Shown here: positions 59,485 to 64,000 of the stretch, in pieces | How the letters are laid out: each line of letters starts with the position of its first letter | Numbering within the stretch: the stretch's first letter is position 1 | Assembly: GCA_020184695.1 (NCBI GenBank) | Contig: JAANOX010000280.1 | Span: forward strand, 682,001-746,000 | Direction of reading: 5' to 3' | Length of the DNA: 64,000 bases | From: Histomonas meleagridis 2922-C6/04-290x | Taxonomy: Eukaryota; Protista; Parabasalia | Made by a program: the position numbers and the translations under genes | The notes under the pieces: model-generated | The model's input: only the letters and a program-made list of their open reading frames with translations | Told to the model about the DNA's origin: nothing | The model's database searches: none

Positions 59485-60645
59485 AAATTTCGTGTGAAAA
59501 TTTGTTTTTGTTTTTAAGGAATTTCGAGTTTGGATTTCATATTAAGTCAAACATTAAATTGTATTTCTTCATAATTTGTTGAGTTTCTTGTGTTTGTTTT
59601 GAATAAATAATGAATAATTGAAATATGGTTTATTGCTTTTTTATAAGCGATTTAATTCGTCATATATTAATATTGCAGTGCATATGATTATATTCACAAA
59701 CACATAACATTTTTCTTCAGATAAAATTCATAGATAAAAAAATTTAATATGCATTCTACATATCATTTTAAAGCATAAACTCAACTTTATGACATATATT
59801 CCTTATATTATTTAAAAGTGTTTTTATAATGTTTTAAAGTCGTTCCTTTAATTTACATTTTCAAATATTCAAAGAAACGTTTCAAAATTAAATAGAAAAA
59901 CTACAATTAAACAACAAGTTTTTTAAAGTTTAACCGTGAGATTTTAACCTTTTGAGACAGCCGATGTGTATTTAGTGAAGGTCTTAAAATATATTGCAAG
60001 TTGAAACATGAAAATCCTTCATTTGTTCATCATTTTAGGCACAGTTGAACGTTATAGAGACGATACAAATCTTATTACACCTTCTATTATTCAAGAAGAA
60101 ATGTTCCAAATACAAACCCACCAAAACAAGAAGGAATGACTTACAAATGTGATAGGGAAGTATCAATTAATGAAATTATGAACAAAAAATTCAAAAGATT
60201 TCATCATAATTATAAATTTTTGATAAACAAAATATTTTTAAATTTGATACAAAACAATGAATATACAACAATTGTACGTCAAGATTTTAATAACAAACAA
60301 AAATTTCGAAGAACATATTTTTCAAACATTTTGAAAAAAGACTTCGAAATTGATATATTTGACAAAGATATCACATTTGAGGAAACGTTACACAAATATT
60401 ATGAAGATATATCTTCTCTAAAAGGTGAATTTTCACATTTTTTTATGATGCTAAACGATAACGAAGAAGGACCAAACATTTTGAATGATTTACTTCATTT
60501 AACTGTCATTTTTTCAATTATATTTCCGGTTATTTATATCAAATTTTATCAGAAAAATACGGTTTCAGTTCAGAAAATATTGACGACCAAATATATATTG
60601 AAAGTAAAAGATAAGAAAAAAATTGAAAATATTTTTGTATTTGTT

Positions 60646-61889
60646 ATGTTTTTTGCAAATTCATTGCAAATATTTAACTATGATAATTCAACACTTTCAA
60701 TCATGAACTTAAATGAATTTGAAGATATTGATAAATATCAAAACATAACAAAATTTATAATTATCAGTGGAAATATTTATTCAATTCCAAACAATGCATT
60801 TTCAGAATGGCCTTCAGTTGTTTCAGTTAATTTTGGTAACTCAGTCACAAATATTGGAATTAATGTGTTTTTATCATGTTCTAATTTAGAAACGATTATA
60901 TTTGGAGGAAATGTTATAACAATTGGTGGTTCATCATTTTCATTGTGTTCATCAATCAAAAACATTACAATTCCAAATTCAGTTACAACAATTGGAAGTT
61001 CAGCATTTGCATCATGTTCTAATTTAAGGATATTAACACTTGGAAATGGAATAAGAGAAATTTTAAGTTCAGCATTTGGGAATTGTTATAATCTTCAATG
61101 CATTTATTATTATGGAGATTCAGAACCAAATATTGGTGAAGGTGCATTTTATAATGTTTTTACAAGTGTTATCACATATCCAACATATGTAGAGGATCAT
61201 TTTGGACAATTAGATGTTGTTAGCGAATCCACAGAAGGAATATGCGAACCACTTCCAATACATTCATTTAGTCAATCGAATACATATGCACAGTCAGACT
61301 CAATTTCATTCTCAGAATTATATTCATTTAGTCAATCGAATAAATTTTCTAATTCAGATACACTTACTGAATCACTTCAAAGTGATATTTCATTATCATT
61401 ATCATTTTCATATACATTAACAATTACATTATCAATTACACATTCATTAACTGTTTATGAAACAAAAACGATATCATTTTCATTATATATAAATAATTGG
61501 ACATTTTCATATATTGAAACAGAATTTATTTATTACAATTATACGATTGTTATTTATTCGACTTATTATAATTATTATTCCAATTTCTTTACAATGTTTT
61601 ACACTAATGATAATGATAATAATAATCAAAACAATGAAATCAAACAACGATTATTATCATTTCAGTTTGTGTAATTGTTGTAGTAATAGTTATTATCATC
61701 TTATTAATTATATTAATGAAACATATTCGAAATAAAAAAGAAGAAATATATGAAAATGATAAATCAGAAGAAAATGAAAATGAAAATGAAACTATGAATA
61801 CATTTACTACAGGAATAAGTAATATAAATATTGAAGAAGATCCATTTGCCGAAGATTTCAAAGAAGAAAAATTTATTGAACAAATATAA
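60646..61889 (+). CDS. BspA-like type I membrane protein (one missing A near 61640 hides the TM and tail)
   Basis: TpLRRs, an FSQSN stalk and an S/T/Y-rich segment. The shifted frame reads TTIIIISVCVIVVVIVIIILLIILMKH...EEDPFAEDFKEEKFIEQI*. Start codon uncertain. Confidence 0.8.
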
Positions 61890-62185
61890 TATAATTATCA
61901 ATAAAATACAGTTTTTATTAATATTTGATATTTGTATTTTGTAATGAGAATTTTCGATATAAAATAAAGGAAAACATGAAAAAATCTTAATAAGCTTCAA
62001 TATGTTAATACTTACAAAGAAAATCCATATTGCATAATAAGGCTTTCTTTCAATAAACATTATGAGAAGAAAGAATGAAAGATTTTATATAATTTGAAGA
62101 TAATCAAAAATGGTTCCAAAAATCGTTTGGCACTTTTTCATTTTGGGCTATGGTCGAGTAAAAGTGACAAAATCTACAGAACCAA

Positions 62186-62908
62186 ATGGGAGGAACTGAA
62201 AAAGAAGTGGCTTTGCGCAAAAAACGCCATGATTATACAATATCAAAAGGAGTAAATCCAATTCGAGAAGGAACAACAATAACTGTCATTCCACAAAAAC
62301 GTTTTTATAGAGCAGAAACAATCCTTTCAAAGACAAAGCAAATAAAGGCAGATAAAAGGAAATTTGATAACAATACAAAACGCAAAGAATCCCATAATTT
62401 CCCACTTCCTGATGCTAATTTGAAATTTGCATTAGTTATTCGTTTGATTGATGCAAAAGCAAATATTTGTCCAGAATCAAAGAAAATATTATCTGACTTA
62501 AAGCTTAATGAAAAATTTGATGGATGTTTTGTTTTTCTCAATGAAGAAAATAGACAAAAACTCAAATCTATAAATCATTTAATAACATACGGTTCTCCCT
62601 CTCAAGAATTGGTCAGACAACTTATACATACAAGAGCCTCAACAGTTGTTAATGGTAAAGAAGTTCATATAACATCAAATAAAATGATTGCAGATGCATT
62701 ATCTGACAAAAACATTATTTGTTTGGATGATATGGTACATGCTTTCAACAAAGGCGATGATAACAAAATAGAGGCAATTACTGCATTTTTAGCACCTTTT
62801 CATTTTAATAAGACAGAATTGAAAAACATAAAGTTGCCATTATATGCAGGCGGTCCAAGCGGATGGAGAGGCAACGATATTATTCAGTTCATTGAAGCAA
62901 TAATCTAA
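62186..62908 (+). CDS. uL30/RPL7-like protein (RLP7/RPL7L1 type)
   Basis: FALVIRL, LKLNEKFDGCFV, ITYGSPS, NIICLDDMVH, FLAPFHF. Confidence 0.85.
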   Translation: MGGTEKEVALRKKRHDYTISKGVNPIREGTTITVIPQKRFYRAETILSKTKQIKADKRKFDNNTKRKESHNFPLPDANLKFALVIRLIDAKANICPESKKILSDLKLNEKFDGCFVFLNEENRQKLKSINHLITYGSPSQELVRQLIHTRASTVVNGKEVHITSNKMIADALSDKNIICLDDMVHAFNKGDDNKIEAITAFLAPFHFNKTELKNIKLPLYAGGPSGWRGNDIIQFIEAII

Positions 62909-62989
62909 AGAACTAATAAATAAATCACAAAATAAATTATCAACATTTTTCATATCACATTTCTTAATTGACTATGTTTGTTTTGTTTA

Positions 62990-64000
62990 ATGGCTTCAAC
63001 AGAATTCGATCTTTCGACATATAAAATAAATAAAACACTTCAATCTTTTGTCATTCCTAAAGAAAAGACAGCAGATGTACTAAAAATTCTCAAGAAATAT
63101 GATCTTCTTCCAAAATATCAAAAGTTCAATGTTGTCATTTCAGAAAATGAAGGAAAAAGAATTCTTCTTGGAGAAGGAGTTAATGAGGTTCCAAAAGAAA
63201 TAATAGAAATTATTGGTGATGTCGAATTAACTTCATATGATATTACACTTGATTATCATAATTTTTCTTTGCAAGAATTATTGCAGCAATTTTTACCAGA
63301 GGGAACCGTTATTCCATCATCATTTGAAACCATTGGGAAAGTTGCACATTTAAATCTTCTTGAAGAACAAATGCCATATAAACACATCATTGGACAAGCA
63401 ATTCTACTCAAAAATACTTCTCTTAAAACAGTTGCCATTAAAACTGGCGCTATAAACAATGTTTATCGAAATATGAATCTTGAAGTTATTGCAGGTGAAA
63501 ACTCATTTATAACAGAAGTCAAGCAAACAGGGCTCACATTTAGAATGGATTTTTCCAAAGTTTATTGGAATTCAAGGCTTGAACATGAACATGATTCACT
63601 TGTTGATCTTTTCCAAGAAGGTTCCATTGTTGCGGATGCCATGTGTGGGATTGGACCATTTGCTATTCGTGCAGCCAAACGAAAGAACTGTACTGTTTAT
63701 GCAAATGATTTAAATCCAGATTCGTATAAATGGCTTATGGAAAACTGTAAAATTAACCATGTTACCGACAAGGTAATTTGCTCTAACATTGATGCACGTG
63801 AGTTTATCGTTAATATCTTTAAGAACGGAGGCTCTGATTACATTGTAATGAATTTGCCCAAAATCGCCGTCACTTTTTTAGATGCTGTTGCAGAAGGCGC
63901 AAAAAAGTATAGAACAACAGCAAGGCTTCCAATTGTATATTTCCATCAATTCGATGATAAAGATGTTAACCATGAAGCATCGTTGAAGGAAAAGGCAACG
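62990..64000 (+). CDS. TRM5: tRNA (guanine37-N1)-methyltransferase, runs off the window end
   Basis: Hand translation from ATG 62990: PSSFETIGKVAHLNL, FRMDFSKVYWNSRLEHEH, DAMCGIGPFAI, ANDLNPDSY, YIVMNLP. Confidence 0.95.
   Translation, partial: MASTEFDLSTYKINKTLQSFVIPKEKTADVLKILKKYDLLPKYQKFNVVISENEGKRILLGEGVNEVPKEIIEIIGDVELTSYDITLDYHNFSLQELLQQFLPEGTVIPSSFETIGKVAHLNLLEEQMPYKHIIGQAILLKNTSLKTVAIKTGAINNVYRNMNLEVIAGENSFITEVKQTGLTFRMDFSKVYWNSRLEHEHDSLVDLFQEGSIVADAMCGIGPFAIRAAKRKNCTVYANDLNPDSYKWLMENCKINHVTDKVICSNIDAREFIVNIFKNGGSDYIVMNLPKIAVTFLDAVAEGAKKYRTTARLPIVYFHQFDDKDVNHEASLKEKAT

Noticed and set aside
59880-60135. Mutator transposase remnant (GTVERY resembling TNNxxERYN)
   Set aside because: The match is too short and there are no supporting DDE motifs.
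1-64000. rRNA, tRNA, telomeric repeats, or bacterial/phage origin of the contig
   Set aside because: I saw no cloverleaf, rRNA-like or telomere tracts. Myb, FYVE, ARL16 and SCYL1 genes show the DNA is eukaryotic.

Overview
AT-rich eukaryotic DNA that looks like a parabasalid (trichomonad) protist. This is inferred from the BspA-like LRR surface genes, trichomonad-style ankyrin genes, R2R3-Myb, ARL16, nearly intron-less genes, short intergenic spaces and TCAT/TCAC Inr-like motifs. There are three zones. (1) 1-29447 is a head-to-tail array of a ~9.4-kb unit (about 3.2 copies visible). The unit carries one BspA surface gene plus gene wreckage: a pogo-like DDE transposase, ankyrin repeats, an ARM protein, SDE2, an ankyrin/DUF3447-type gene and a bacterial-type NADP alcohol dehydrogenase. 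(2) ~30-47 kb is a gene-dense single-copy core: SCYL1, ARL16, GT8, two RRM genes, a RhoGEF-PH-FYVE gene, a surface protein with 59 SQSNTY-type repeats, a FlK-like thioesterase, a 58-bp minisatellite, a kelch/coiled-coil gene, PSMG1-like and Myb. (3) ~48-64 kb holds a duplicated peroxiredoxin, a mosaic promoter-less BspA cassette ending at a candidate MITE, a giant internally duplicated BspA, another BspA, an RPL7-like gene and TRM5. The most unusual signals are: an ~80-nt, length-conserved, hairpin-containing insert at the same site of every ankyrin repeat, with no workable GT-AG boundaries; a 23-nt AT-AG micro-intron that restores SCYL1; in-register LRR shuffling and patchwise diversification among BspA copies; the SQSNTY array, whose variation is almost entirely synonymous; and a minisatellite with a three-site variant code. 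Many single-base frameshifts in repeated regions sit in homopolymers and are probably long-read consensus errors. All comparisons were made by eye and no database searches were run.
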